Virus record (IMG/VR): IMGVR_UViG_3300049793_000366
Span: 122,865-186,864 of that record
DNA from: a virus
Length of the DNA: 64,000 nucleotides
Direction: 5' to 3' (one strand)
The notes under the pieces are model-generated. The model had not been told where the DNA came from and did no database searches. It saw nothing but the letters and a program-made list of their open reading frames with translations. The translations under genes and the position numbers were made by a program. Below are positions 9,168 through 18,974 of this stretch, in pieces. The stretch's first letter is position 1. Each line of letters starts with the position of its first letter.

Positions 9168-9502
9168 TATTTATCTTTCTTTTTTGGGATAATTAACTTA
9201 CCCATAAGTCTTTCTCTGAAAGTTAGCTTTCTACTAACTACTTCGTTATTTTCTTTTTTCAAATCCTCTATTTCGGTATTCTTTTCCGTCAAAATCCTAT
9301 CGATATATTCTTTAAGATTTTTCAATTCATCCTTCACTGTGTCAGAGTCGTGTTTTAAACTTTGTTGTTTGGCATTCAATAGCCTGTAAAAAAATCTAAA
9401 CTTATGAAGTAAATACTTATATTCTTCTGCGGTAAAAATGTCTTCAAACTCTGATGTTAAAAAGAAGTTCATTAATTCCTCGTCTGTTAATTCTGTATTC
9501 AT
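9167..9502 (-). CDS. hypothetical coiled-coil protein
   Basis: 111 aa ORF abutting its neighbours. Confidence 0.5.
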   Translation of the reverse strand: MNTELTDEELMNFFLTSEFEDIFTAEEYKYLLHKFRFFYRLLNAKQQSLKHDSDTVKDELKNLKEYIDRILTEKNTEIEDLKKENNEVVSRKLTFRERLMGKLIIPKKKDK

Positions 9503-9523
9503 AGTCGATATATATTTGTTTTA

Positions 9524-10627
9524 CTAGTACCCAATCTCGTTATCTGGTGCTTGTTCTTTTAAGCCCTTTACAACATCGACAACTCTTGCTGGATTCTTGT
9601 ATGTTTTATTTTTACCTAAGAATTTACTCAATTCATTAGCCTTTTCAACATCCAATTCTTCAAACTGAATGTCTGCTACAATTGAGTTACAATCCATGTA
9701 TTCATTTGTTATATCGTCTGAATCCTCAGTATTTGTTATCAATATGATATGTACATTTAAATGGTCTGATAGTATACCATCAACCAACTGTTTAATATTA
9801 TTGATAGACATACTAAGTCTATAATGTTGATGTTCAGTAAACATATCACAATCATCCAATAATATTATTGAATTATTATTTCTTTCTAAGAAAGTTAGAA
9901 ACTCAGGACTATTGATGGTAGCATCAATCATCACTGATGGTACGTATATTACTTGTTTTTCAACCTGAGTAGTGATATAGCTTGCGAAATTGGTTTTACC
10001 AGTTCCTCTTTCTCCCCATAATACAGTCAGTCCACGAGGTAACTTATTGATTTGTTTAATTAGCTTATTAGCTTGTGTTATAACATCATCATTATAGTAA
10101 TACTCAATGTTCTCTTTATCGGTCTGTGTTTTAAAAGGACTTAGTTCATAACCGTTCGCACCTATTCTTAGGTAGAAGTTTTTCTCTTGTGAACCACTCT
10201 CTGGTGCCAAGATAGCACTATCGAATTTATGTATAAGTTTAGTAAGTTCTTCACTATTAACCTTTGTGTGATTATAGAATACCGTAAAATTTGTTATCAC
10301 TCTTTCATCTTCTTCTGCTGAATCTAATTCAAGGAAAGAAAGATATAAATCATCGCTTAATTTAACGCAATATTTATTATTGAATATAAATCTATCACCA
10401 TCAGGTATAATCTCTGATGTTTTGTTTATATTTTTATCAGTTGATTCAAATTCATCTGTTATAATACCCCATACGGCAGGGGCATCAAATTGAGAGTAAA
10501 ATACCAATTTACTTGGTCGTAAACCAAACTCATGTGTAATAAAGAGGAAATCATTCACGTCAACATCATCCTTTGTGACATTGATGTTTAGATTGTATTC
10601 TTTATTTGTGTTCTGTTGAGACTTCAT
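9524..10627 (-). CDS. P-loop ATPase
   Basis: Walker A LWGERGTGKTNF and Walker B IILLDDCD in the C-terminal half. Stop is TAG then TAA. Confidence 0.65.
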   Translation of the reverse strand: MKSQQNTNKEYNLNINVTKDDVDVNDFLFITHEFGLRPSKLVFYSQFDAPAVWGIITDEFESTDKNINKTSEIIPDGDRFIFNNKYCVKLSDDLYLSFLELDSAEEDERVITNFTVFYNHTKVNSEELTKLIHKFDSAILAPESGSQEKNFYLRIGANGYELSPFKTQTDKENIEYYYNDDVITQANKLIKQINKLPRGLTVLWGERGTGKTNFASYITTQVEKQVIYVPSVMIDATINSPEFLTFLERNNNSIILLDDCDMFTEHQHYRLSMSINNIKQLVDGILSDHLNVHIILITNTEDSDDITNEYMDCNSIVADIQFEELDVEKANELSKFLGKNKTYKNPARVVDVVKGLKEQAPDNEIGY

Positions 10628-10843
10628 CTAAAAATGAGTTTATTTTTTAATATATACATAAAAATGTACATTTCTACAAATGGAAAAACACATTAGTGGA
10701 ATATTAATTGCCAATAACTACTTAACTAAGTGTAAGTTGGAGGATTCTAATATAGAATTGGCGAGAAGGCTTCTATCGTTTAAGATAAAAGAAGCTTTGG
10801 CGGCTCTACATTCGAATACTCAACAAAGTAAGAAGGCAAAAAG

Positions 10844-11056
10844 TTAGATTTGAGGACCCTCAATCACTTGTGGACCGTCAACTCCTGGAATGCCTGGGAT
10901 TGTTGTTGGGTTGTCAAACTTACCACTTTCCTTTTCTCTTCTAATTAGTTCTTCAATAAAATTCTTTTGCGCTTTCATGTAAGCGTTTTTCTCTTGCTTT
11001 AAACGTTCATTACGTTTAGCAACTTTCTTTCTGTGTTCTTTTCTATTTTTTCCCAT
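10844..11056 (-). CDS. small basic protein
   Basis: 70 aa with a K/R-rich N-terminus and a Pro/Gly tail. Confidence 0.4.
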   Translation of the reverse strand: MGKNRKEHRKKVAKRNERLKQEKNAYMKAQKNFIEELIRREKESGKFDNPTTIPGIPGVDGPQVIEGPQI

Positions 11057-11110
11057 ACACTTTTATGTATTTTTATAGGGTTATATAACAAAGAAAGTTA
11101 GAAGTTGAAG

Positions 11111-14100
11111 TTAGTAGTTGAAAATAAAATCATAACCACCATTATCTTCGAGCCATTGTTCCAGCTCTTCTCGATTCAAGTCTCTGAGCTGTCTACCATC
11201 GGACGTTTTAATCTCAAATATAAAGTCATAATTTGATCCGAGTGAATTATTCTCACCCTCGTCACCAGTAAGCACTAATTTATCAAAGTCAATATCAGCG
11301 ATGTTACTGCTTTCTGGACCAGTATCAGTCATACCACCACTCAATACTTGCATAATTTCCTCTAATGTCATGTCATCCTGGTGTTTCTTACACAATTTTA
11401 TATGTGGTGCTTTTAATATAGCAGCTAATCCCAGTAATGCCCATACAAAGTCAATAAATCCGTTAATTATGGCTTCAATTAAACATAATATGGCATTCAA
11501 GAAGTATAGTGGTTGTTTTAACAACGTTTTAAACTGTGCTTTATTCACTTTGAATAGCTTAGGTATAAACACGATGTCAATAACTTCACTCAAGTCGAAA
11601 ATATAATCATCTGGTAAGTTCTTAAGGTCTTTAACCCATCCTGTAAATTTAGGAATATCGAATTTAATACCAATAAGAGCCAATAGATTCATAGGGTCGA
11701 AAAATTCCATAATCCATTTAAAGCTTAAGAATTCTTTTAATTTACTGACTAAGTTACCAGGATTAAGCTCCTTAAAGAAGTTCATTATATACTCAATAAT
11801 ACCAAAGATAATTTTCAATGGTGTTGTAATTAAGCTTAATAATAAATTAAATAATGGGTGTGGATAGATAGAGAATTTCTTTCTAAGTTTATCGATTTTA
11901 TCTCTTATTAATTTATTACCTCTATCTTTCTTTTGTGCTTCTTCATATAAATCAAGAGCTTGTTGAGCCATATTAGGGTCATCTGGATTGTTGTTTATTA
12001 AATCATCAGCTTGTTTAACCATTGTAGCTATTTCCTCTGATAGATAAGTATATTCATAGTCAATACCATCAACAAATTTACCAGTTGAATACCATTCGGT
12101 TATAACGTCATCGTAGTGTAAACCATTTATGTCAGCACTATATTGTTGTGAACCATTTATACTAGTAGCTTGAGCATTATTATTTGCGTTTGTACCCGCT
12201 TCTTTTATACCGGCTAAATCTTTTAGGTTATCATTTATGAATTTATCAAAAGCGTCCACATCTGGATCTTTTAGTAGTTTAAATATCAAAGTCAACGGTG
12301 GTTTTTTATCGAATAACGCGAATAATTCCCACTTAATACCAAATACAACAGATAAGAATTTAACAGCCGCAGAACCATCCCAAATGAATTTTGGAACACC
12401 AGTTTCAGGATGTATATGAATCCAGTTACTTGCTGGTGTACTCTTAATTTTATTAGTTAAGTCTTTGATATATTTCTCTTTCTGCTTAATATTACCAGCT
12501 AAGTCAGCTTGTTTTATTTTAGCAACATATGTTGGTATCGCTTTAACAGCTTTCTTAAATTCTGGTCCAAATATTTCAAAGTTTTCACCCAATTTCTCTG
12601 TTAGAATATCAAATAAGAAACTAGCGGGATTCTTTATTAAATCCATTAACTGCTTAATCTTAGGAATAAGCTTAGTCATTATATCTGATAAAATAGATAA
12701 GAAAACCTTAACGCCACCAATAGCGTGTGGTCTTTTATACCACATTGGACTTCCACCGCCTCCACCGCCACCTTGATTACCACCACCTGTACTTGGTTCA
12801 CCAGGATTAGCTTCCGGTAAAACTGCTTCTATTAAATAGATTGTTTCTAAGTCATCTTCGTTTGTAGGATATCTGAATATTTGAAATGGGTTTGGTTCTC
12901 CATACCCAGGTGTTTTTAATTCGGATGGTGCGGATGGTATCGCAAACTTAGAAGTAGCATAAGGATCCCCAACTTTAAGAAAGTTATTTGTAACTTGATT
13001 ACCAGCTATAATTTGACCAGAAGGAATATCTGCTGTTACTCTTATTGCATTAACTGGTAAATCACTAATATTTGTTGTTATCGTGGGTGTTTGTATATTA
13101 TTTATACTGACAACTTTTCTCTTATTCATAAGAGGTGATATTGGCCCCTTGTATGATTGCCATTTGACGATAGTATTAGAATCGGTGTAGAATGTGAATC
13201 CATTTGCTGTGTGATTCATATTAGGAACACCAACTTCACTTAATGTAGTTGTTACATATGTTTTCTTAACAGTATCACCTTGTGTTAATTTATAGTTGTT
13301 GAGTGTTACTGAATTGTTTTGATTTAAAGTAGCAACAGTCCAATTAGCTGATACAGTACCCCATGTTGATGGTTTTGTGTTAGTAGTTGTTCCATCATCA
13401 AAATAATATGTGATGACTTTACCGATACTTGAACCAGAACCAACTTTAATAGTTGTAACAGTTTTACCGCTAACTAGTGGTGTTGATAATTGTGCAACTG
13501 AATATGTACCACCAGATACATCTTGTTCTGCTGATGGTGAACCACCAGTTAAGTCATACTTTCTATATTCCCAGTTATCACCGATTTTTTTAATTTCATT
13601 AAATCTTAATCCATCATAGAAACTAAATTGTGTAAAGTCTGATGGTGCTGTTCTTGCCCATACATCAATATTAAAGGTTTTGTCATAATCAAGATTTCTC
13701 TGAAAGTTTAACCCAATATTATCATAAGATACGGAAGTAACATTATACGATGATTGTGTTGCTACTTCTGGGAATGTTTTATATTTTTCAAATAACGTTA
13801 TATCAAATGGTTTGTTATCAGACATTGATATATCATGTGAGTTATGTACAAATCTTAATATTGTAGCTGATTTCTCTGGTGTATTTTGTAAAGTATCATA
13901 AGTAATATTAAATGTAGTATCTACTTTTATAATTCTCATCTCATAATCACCTTCTGGGTCAATCAATAGTGGTTTACCGCCTATTACTTTTTCAACTGGC
14001 ATGAATGGTTGCTTAGGTACTTTTCCTAAGTTGTATTGTGATATTATATTACCAGGAATCCCAGGTAAAAACCCACCAGTTGATATAGCATCTAATTGTT

Positions 14101-15484
14101 TTTCAGATTCAGATGCATCAAATTTAGATAGTACAAAAGACCTTGCTTCTGCCTTTCTTGAAGGGAAATCGCTCACTACTTTGTTTCTAACTAACTTATC
14201 AAAATTAGTATCAGGCTTCGCCGCATCTACTTTTAGATTAACGAATTTATGTATGAAGTTTTTATACTCAACGATTTGACTACCTGTGAAATATTTCTCA
14301 TAGTTACCACCTGGATTCTCTGGGTCATCAGGCATATCATCACCATTGTCATCTTTCTTCTTTACTCTCTCCCAAGAACGAGGGTCATTTTCATATTTAG
14401 GTCCAGGATAATTTATACTAGATTCTCTATCACCCCAGTTTGATTTCCACCACCACACTGTTGGTCCCACAAAGCCGAATTGCCCGTACCATTTACCACT
14501 TTGTTCTAACCAAGATGGAGCCGCCATTGGCGAACCGTTAGAGTCAAATACTGCTAATACAATATTTTCAGGAAAGTCTTCTGTTGGATTGTCTTCATCT
14601 AATCCTAAGTCACCGTCTCCTACAACACCATCTAAATCTTCGAGACTTATACCACCTAAAAATTGAACAATATCATGATATGTTGTTTCATAATCTATAC
14701 CGTTTAATTTCTTACCAGTGGAATATACCTCTGATATAGTTTCATACTCCGCTTCATAGCCAGTGGTATCTACTGCACCATTTTGTGTTGATGGTAATTC
14801 GTCATTTAGTGATTCATCACCACCAGTTCCGGTATTGTTAGTGTTATTAGCATTACCAGCAGAGCTTGGAATACCACCCTTGACTTGTAAGTTTGATAAC
14901 TTACTTAATTTCTCTTGTAATAGAGATTTATCATAGTTAATCGCTCTTGGGTTTTTCTTTGGTCTAAGTCCTTTTGGTTTTGCTGGGTTTGTATAATCCA
15001 ATGGCACCGAAAGTCTTGCCGCACAATCTTCTAATTTAGCAAGAATACCAACGAAAATTTTAACAATTTCCATATATGGTTTTTGCGATTCAAATATGGC
15101 TTTAATAGCTGTCTTCTCAAGAGCTTTTAACCCCATGAAGTTATCAGCAGAAGTAAGAGAAATATCTCCTTCTGGTACAGAAATTTTACCGTTTGATTTA
15201 ACGTAAGATTTAGGATCCTTAGCCATCTTAGAGTTACTAACACTTTCGAAAATCTTAAGTGATTCTAAGCTTGGTGGTTTAGCCATACCTCTGGCTACCA
15301 TTTGCTTCTTAAGTGTATCAGCGATTCCAAGTTCACCGTTTGCGAACTTAACCAAATATGAAATATCTGGAATTAATAGAATAGGCTTACTTTTATCCTT
15401 ACCATCTGATGGCGGACCTGTAATTGCTTGTGTAAGCGGTAATGGTATTTTCGGTTGTAACGGTAAGTGAAATTCTATTGGCAT
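11111..15484 (-). CDS. giant virion-associated protein (1457 aa), possibly tape-measure or internal/ejected protein
   Basis: Very long ORF with hydrophobic helical segments near the C-terminus and a poly-Gly linker (GGGNQGGGGGGGS). No catalytic motif recognised. Confidence 0.55.
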   Translation of the reverse strand: MPIEFHLPLQPKIPLPLTQAITGPPSDGKDKSKPILLIPDISYLVKFANGELGIADTLKKQMVARGMAKPPSLESLKIFESVSNSKMAKDPKSYVKSNGKISVPEGDISLTSADNFMGLKALEKTAIKAIFESQKPYMEIVKIFVGILAKLEDCAARLSVPLDYTNPAKPKGLRPKKNPRAINYDKSLLQEKLSKLSNLQVKGGIPSSAGNANNTNNTGTGGDESLNDELPSTQNGAVDTTGYEAEYETISEVYSTGKKLNGIDYETTYHDIVQFLGGISLEDLDGVVGDGDLGLDEDNPTEDFPENIVLAVFDSNGSPMAAPSWLEQSGKWYGQFGFVGPTVWWWKSNWGDRESSINYPGPKYENDPRSWERVKKKDDNGDDMPDDPENPGGNYEKYFTGSQIVEYKNFIHKFVNLKVDAAKPDTNFDKLVRNKVVSDFPSRKAEARSFVLSKFDASESEKQLDAISTGGFLPGIPGNIISQYNLGKVPKQPFMPVEKVIGGKPLLIDPEGDYEMRIIKVDTTFNITYDTLQNTPEKSATILRFVHNSHDISMSDNKPFDITLFEKYKTFPEVATQSSYNVTSVSYDNIGLNFQRNLDYDKTFNIDVWARTAPSDFTQFSFYDGLRFNEIKKIGDNWEYRKYDLTGGSPSAEQDVSGGTYSVAQLSTPLVSGKTVTTIKVGSGSSIGKVITYYFDDGTTTNTKPSTWGTVSANWTVATLNQNNSVTLNNYKLTQGDTVKKTYVTTTLSEVGVPNMNHTANGFTFYTDSNTIVKWQSYKGPISPLMNKRKVVSINNIQTPTITTNISDLPVNAIRVTADIPSGQIIAGNQVTNNFLKVGDPYATSKFAIPSAPSELKTPGYGEPNPFQIFRYPTNEDDLETIYLIEAVLPEANPGEPSTGGGNQGGGGGGGSPMWYKRPHAIGGVKVFLSILSDIMTKLIPKIKQLMDLIKNPASFLFDILTEKLGENFEIFGPEFKKAVKAIPTYVAKIKQADLAGNIKQKEKYIKDLTNKIKSTPASNWIHIHPETGVPKFIWDGSAAVKFLSVVFGIKWELFALFDKKPPLTLIFKLLKDPDVDAFDKFINDNLKDLAGIKEAGTNANNNAQATSINGSQQYSADINGLHYDDVITEWYSTGKFVDGIDYEYTYLSEEIATMVKQADDLINNNPDDPNMAQQALDLYEEAQKKDRGNKLIRDKIDKLRKKFSIYPHPLFNLLLSLITTPLKIIFGIIEYIMNFFKELNPGNLVSKLKEFLSFKWIMEFFDPMNLLALIGIKFDIPKFTGWVKDLKNLPDDYIFDLSEVIDIVFIPKLFKVNKAQFKTLLKQPLYFLNAILCLIEAIINGFIDFVWALLGLAAILKAPHIKLCKKHQDDMTLEEIMQVLSGGMTDTGPESSNIADIDFDKLVLTGDEGENNSLGSNYDFIFEIKTSDGRQLRDLNREELEQWLEDNGGYDFIFNY

Positions 15485-15506
15485 TCAATATATATTCCAA
15501 AAGAAC

Positions 15507-16886
15507 TTACTCCTGAGGTTTAGACATCTCGGAAATTGTAAAGTTAAAATCATCCGCTAAAGTAAATTTATACTTAGCTGATAACTTACCAGACATCTCA
15601 CCACCAGTGAACATAACGTGAATATCTAAAGTAATAAATTGTTTATTATCCAATTCTAATATAATATTGAATTTGAAATCATTGTTATCCTCTTCAACAG
15701 TGTCAACCGTTAATTTAACGTGATAGTCAAACTTAGCAGTAATTCTATCATAGTTATCTCTGAAAAATTTACGAGATGGTAATCTATAAAATACGTTACC
15801 GTTGTTACCTGAATAATAGATATCTCTATCTAAACAACCAAGTTTATTTACAACAGTTTTAACTAACTTCATTTTAATTCTACCGTCTGCTAATTTAAGA
15901 CCATCTTCAAGTCTTGTAATATCCTCTGATGAATCTTTTTTAAGAGTTTCAGTAAGAGCGTGTTCTAATATCTTAGAGTTAAGAATTAATATCTTTCTTT
16001 CTGTCCATTCCTTTTCAGTAGTAGCAGCGTCTTTTAAAAATTTATCCTTTTCTTTCCAAATTTCTGTAAGTAAATCTGAAAACTGTAATATGTTCTGGTC
16101 AAGTGAACGGAAAAATTCACCTAAATGTTGAAATTGTCTATCTCTGTGTTTGATTGCGAATAACCCAAAGTAGGTCATTGAATCAATTCTCTGTGGGTCA
16201 ATAAATTTCTCAATCATTTGACGAGCCTCTGAGTTACCACCTTCATAAATTAATTTAACCCATTCCTGTGCTAACTTATCCCATTTAGGCATATATGTCT
16301 CGTGAAATAATATTTCCATTGGTTGTGCTAATAAATCTTCTGCGAAATTAGCGAATGATGCAGACTTAGATAGGTTTAAATTCTTATTTACGAAAACTGA
16401 ATATTGTCTACCATCATGTGTTTCGATGATGATATCTTCATTATTCTCTTTTGTCTTATTTGGTCCCAACCAGTAAACAGCTTTAACCATTTCTTCTCTT
16501 AGCTTCTCATCTAATAATAATTTATCATAGATATTACGAGCGGTAATACGAGCATTTATTAATTTATTCCAGTCTCTTTCAACATTAAAGTCAACTGAGC
16601 TAAATTCTCCATTTATTTTACCTAAGTTATCATCTTCAACACATTTACCATCTACAACGGCACCTAGCATTAGTCTATTTTTAGCATATACTAAGTTTTT
16701 TAAATCGTTTAAGAATACAGAAGAATCCTCTGTATAGCGACCTTTAATACCCTTGTCGAGTAGATTGTCAAGAAAGTTAGGATTGATAATAAGCATAGCT
16801 ACGCAAAGTTCAGTAACTATATTAGAGTTATTGTATTTGTATTCTTTAGCTTCTTTAAATAGGGAGTATTGCTTTAACCATTTCAT
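15507..16886 (-). CDS. hypothetical protein
   Basis: 459 aa ORF. Confidence 0.6.
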   Translation of the reverse strand: MKWLKQYSLFKEAKEYKYNNSNIVTELCVAMLIINPNFLDNLLDKGIKGRYTEDSSVFLNDLKNLVYAKNRLMLGAVVDGKCVEDDNLGKINGEFSSVDFNVERDWNKLINARITARNIYDKLLLDEKLREEMVKAVYWLGPNKTKENNEDIIIETHDGRQYSVFVNKNLNLSKSASFANFAEDLLAQPMEILFHETYMPKWDKLAQEWVKLIYEGGNSEARQMIEKFIDPQRIDSMTYFGLFAIKHRDRQFQHLGEFFRSLDQNILQFSDLLTEIWKEKDKFLKDAATTEKEWTERKILILNSKILEHALTETLKKDSSEDITRLEDGLKLADGRIKMKLVKTVVNKLGCLDRDIYYSGNNGNVFYRLPSRKFFRDNYDRITAKFDYHVKLTVDTVEEDNNDFKFNIILELDNKQFITLDIHVMFTGGEMSGKLSAKYKFTLADDFNFTISEMSKPQE

Positions 16887-16910
16887 GCTACTATATATAA
16901 ATTATTTGAT

Positions 16911-17432
16911 TTATAATATCTCTTGTGCGTGTTTTTGTAGATTATCAATTAAATTCTGTAAATCCACATCACTCATAGTAAATGGACCATTTTTAATGAT
17001 GTATTTCATTTCACTTTTACTTTCAACAACTTCGAAGTCAAAGTTTTCCAACCTTAGTTTCTGCTCAACCTTGTCAAATAGTTTCGGCTCTTTCTTATAG
17101 ATAGACCATTCCTGATTAGTTAAGTTTTTCATAACCTCTTCGATATCATTGTTTCCAATTGATATAACAACACCTCTTTTAAATAATGGAAGTCTTACGA
17201 TAGTTTGTTCAGTATCAAACTTACTTGTGAACATCAGCTTATAATCCTTCCGAAAACCACGCATATGTAGTGTATTAAGTGGATTACCTCTTTCATACAT
17301 TATATCATCAACTATTACATCATAACCTAAATCGATGACCTCTTGGAAGATGTCTTTTATCACATCAGTTGTTAAGTCATTACTGCGGTTAACTATTGAT
17401 TCATATAACCTAAATGGTTTCAAGTATTTCAT
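16911..17432 (-). CDS. hypothetical protein
   Basis: 173 aa ORF. Confidence 0.55.
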   Translation of the reverse strand: MKYLKPFRLYESIVNRSNDLTTDVIKDIFQEVIDLGYDVIVDDIMYERGNPLNTLHMRGFRKDYKLMFTSKFDTEQTIVRLPLFKRGVVISIGNNDIEEVMKNLTNQEWSIYKKEPKLFDKVEQKLRLENFDFEVVESKSEMKYIIKNGPFTMSDVDLQNLIDNLQKHAQEIL

Positions 17433-17465
17433 ATTTAATATATATTAAAGACTTAATCTAACAAT

Positions 17466-18089
17466 ATGAAATATATAAAAAGGTACAATAATTACAAGGA
17501 GTCAATACAAATAGATACGTCTATGTTTGACTGGAATATCAAGGAATCTTTGTCAATTTGGCAAGATTCTCTTCTTAATTCTATTAATGCTGAAAAGGTA
17601 GATTTTCATGATGCTTTGAAGCTTGATAGACAATTGAAGCTTGACTTAGATTATCTGTCGGATAGTAATTCATTTATAAATTCATTATCCAGTTTAGGGT
17701 TAAAGAAGTCAACAGTTCAAAATACTGATGACTATGAAACCTTACTTAACAAGTCTTGTAAATTCATGCCAATATACACGATTGAATCTAATGAGTTAGA
17801 GAATCCTATGTATATAGCAATTCAGTTTTGGATTGATTCACTATCGAGATGGGATGAAGCGGCTTTGTATCGCGTTAAAGAAGATATGAGAAAGTTTTAC
17901 GATAAGTTGACATCAAAGACTATTGAAATAGTTGATGGTGATAAGAAATACTTATATAAAACTGGTAATGGTGGTAATGATTGGACTCTACAAGGTGGTG
18001 AAGCTACCGAAGAGTTTATGAAGAATCTTAGACAAGAGGAACTACAAGCATTGGTTTCTAATAAAAATATTAGAATTAATATTATATAA
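17466..18089 (+). CDS. hypothetical protein
   Basis: 207 aa ORF. Its stop overlaps the next start (TAATG). Confidence 0.55.
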   Translation: MKYIKRYNNYKESIQIDTSMFDWNIKESLSIWQDSLLNSINAEKVDFHDALKLDRQLKLDLDYLSDSNSFINSLSSLGLKKSTVQNTDDYETLLNKSCKFMPIYTIESNELENPMYIAIQFWIDSLSRWDEAALYRVKEDMRKFYDKLTSKTIEIVDGDKKYLYKTGNGGNDWTLQGGEATEEFMKNLRQEELQALVSNKNIRINII

Positions 18090-18925
18090 TGGGTTTTGAG
18101 AAAAAGATATACATAGATTATAATCTCAATAAGAACCAATTAAAACAGGTTCTATTGGAGAACAATACCTATGATGTTATACCAACTCCGAATTCTGGTG
18201 AAGATAAGGGTCTTATATACTTTGATACCAATTTAAATAGAATTTTAGTTTGGGATGGTGATAACTGGAAGATAGTTCAATACTTAGATGATAGGGATTT
18301 ATCTAACACACAAGATGTTATTGTTGAAAATATATGGGTTGAATCTGATTTAATCCCAACAGTATTAGCAACAGCAAGTTCATCTGATATAGTTGAAGAG
18401 ATAATTGGAACAACTATGTCTTATGTTAGTAATTCCTATTCATTCAGATATAGCATCTCGGAAGATGTTGTACCATCGTCTTATGGTTCATTTTATGAGC
18501 CTGTATTAAAAACATATAATGATATAACTGTTCCCGTTGGGTTTAAAAACTGGACAGTTGAATATGGTTCGGATTTTATACAAGTGACTTTATACGGTGG
18601 GTTTTCAACATCTGGCTCGTATATTATCACACCAACAAACCCACCTAAGCTTGACTATTGGAGATATACTGGTAGAAAAGGTTCGTTCAAATTTATAGGT
18701 GGTTTCACAAACATAATGGAGATTACACCATTATCAATTCCTTATAACTTATTATCACTACCTACTTATGTTAGAAGAGATAATATCGTTTCTCTAACTG
18801 TTAATGGTGTTGTTATATACGAATGGACTTATGATGAGAATACACAAATTATTACAATAGATGAATTTTTACTTGGGTACGCTATAGATGGTACTGATAC
18901 TCTACGAATAGAGTTAAATGTGTAA
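18089..18925 (+). CDS. putative tail fibre or baseplate-associated protein
   Basis: Lies directly upstream of the fibre gene. Ser/Thr/Tyr-rich, beta-rich composition. Position-based call. Confidence 0.4.
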   Translation: MGFEKKIYIDYNLNKNQLKQVLLENNTYDVIPTPNSGEDKGLIYFDTNLNRILVWDGDNWKIVQYLDDRDLSNTQDVIVENIWVESDLIPTVLATASSSDIVEEIIGTTMSYVSNSYSFRYSISEDVVPSSYGSFYEPVLKTYNDITVPVGFKNWTVEYGSDFIQVTLYGGFSTSGSYIITPTNPPKLDYWRYTGRKGSFKFIGGFTNIMEITPLSIPYNLLSLPTYVRRDNIVSLTVNGVVIYEWTYDENTQIITIDEFLLGYAIDGTDTLRIELNV

Positions 18926-18974
18926 AAGATTATTCTTAATAATAATATATAGCTTATAAAAACAAATTTAAAAG

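Noticed and set aside
10740-10843. tRNA-like TTCGAAT T-loop-like motif in the 216-nt gap upstream of the ATPase gene
   Set aside because: Flanking bases do not form a T-stem or acceptor stem. No cloverleaf could be built.
11301-14443. Short ORFs antisense inside the 1457 aa gene (11301..11606, 12237..12419, 12465..12776, 13410..13619, 14001..14279, 14249..14443), and similar ones inside the other giant genes and inside leuS, pncB, pncA, prs and the fibre gene
   Set aside because: Fully nested within long, well-supported ORFs on the opposite strand or in another frame. Biased composition consistent with artefacts.
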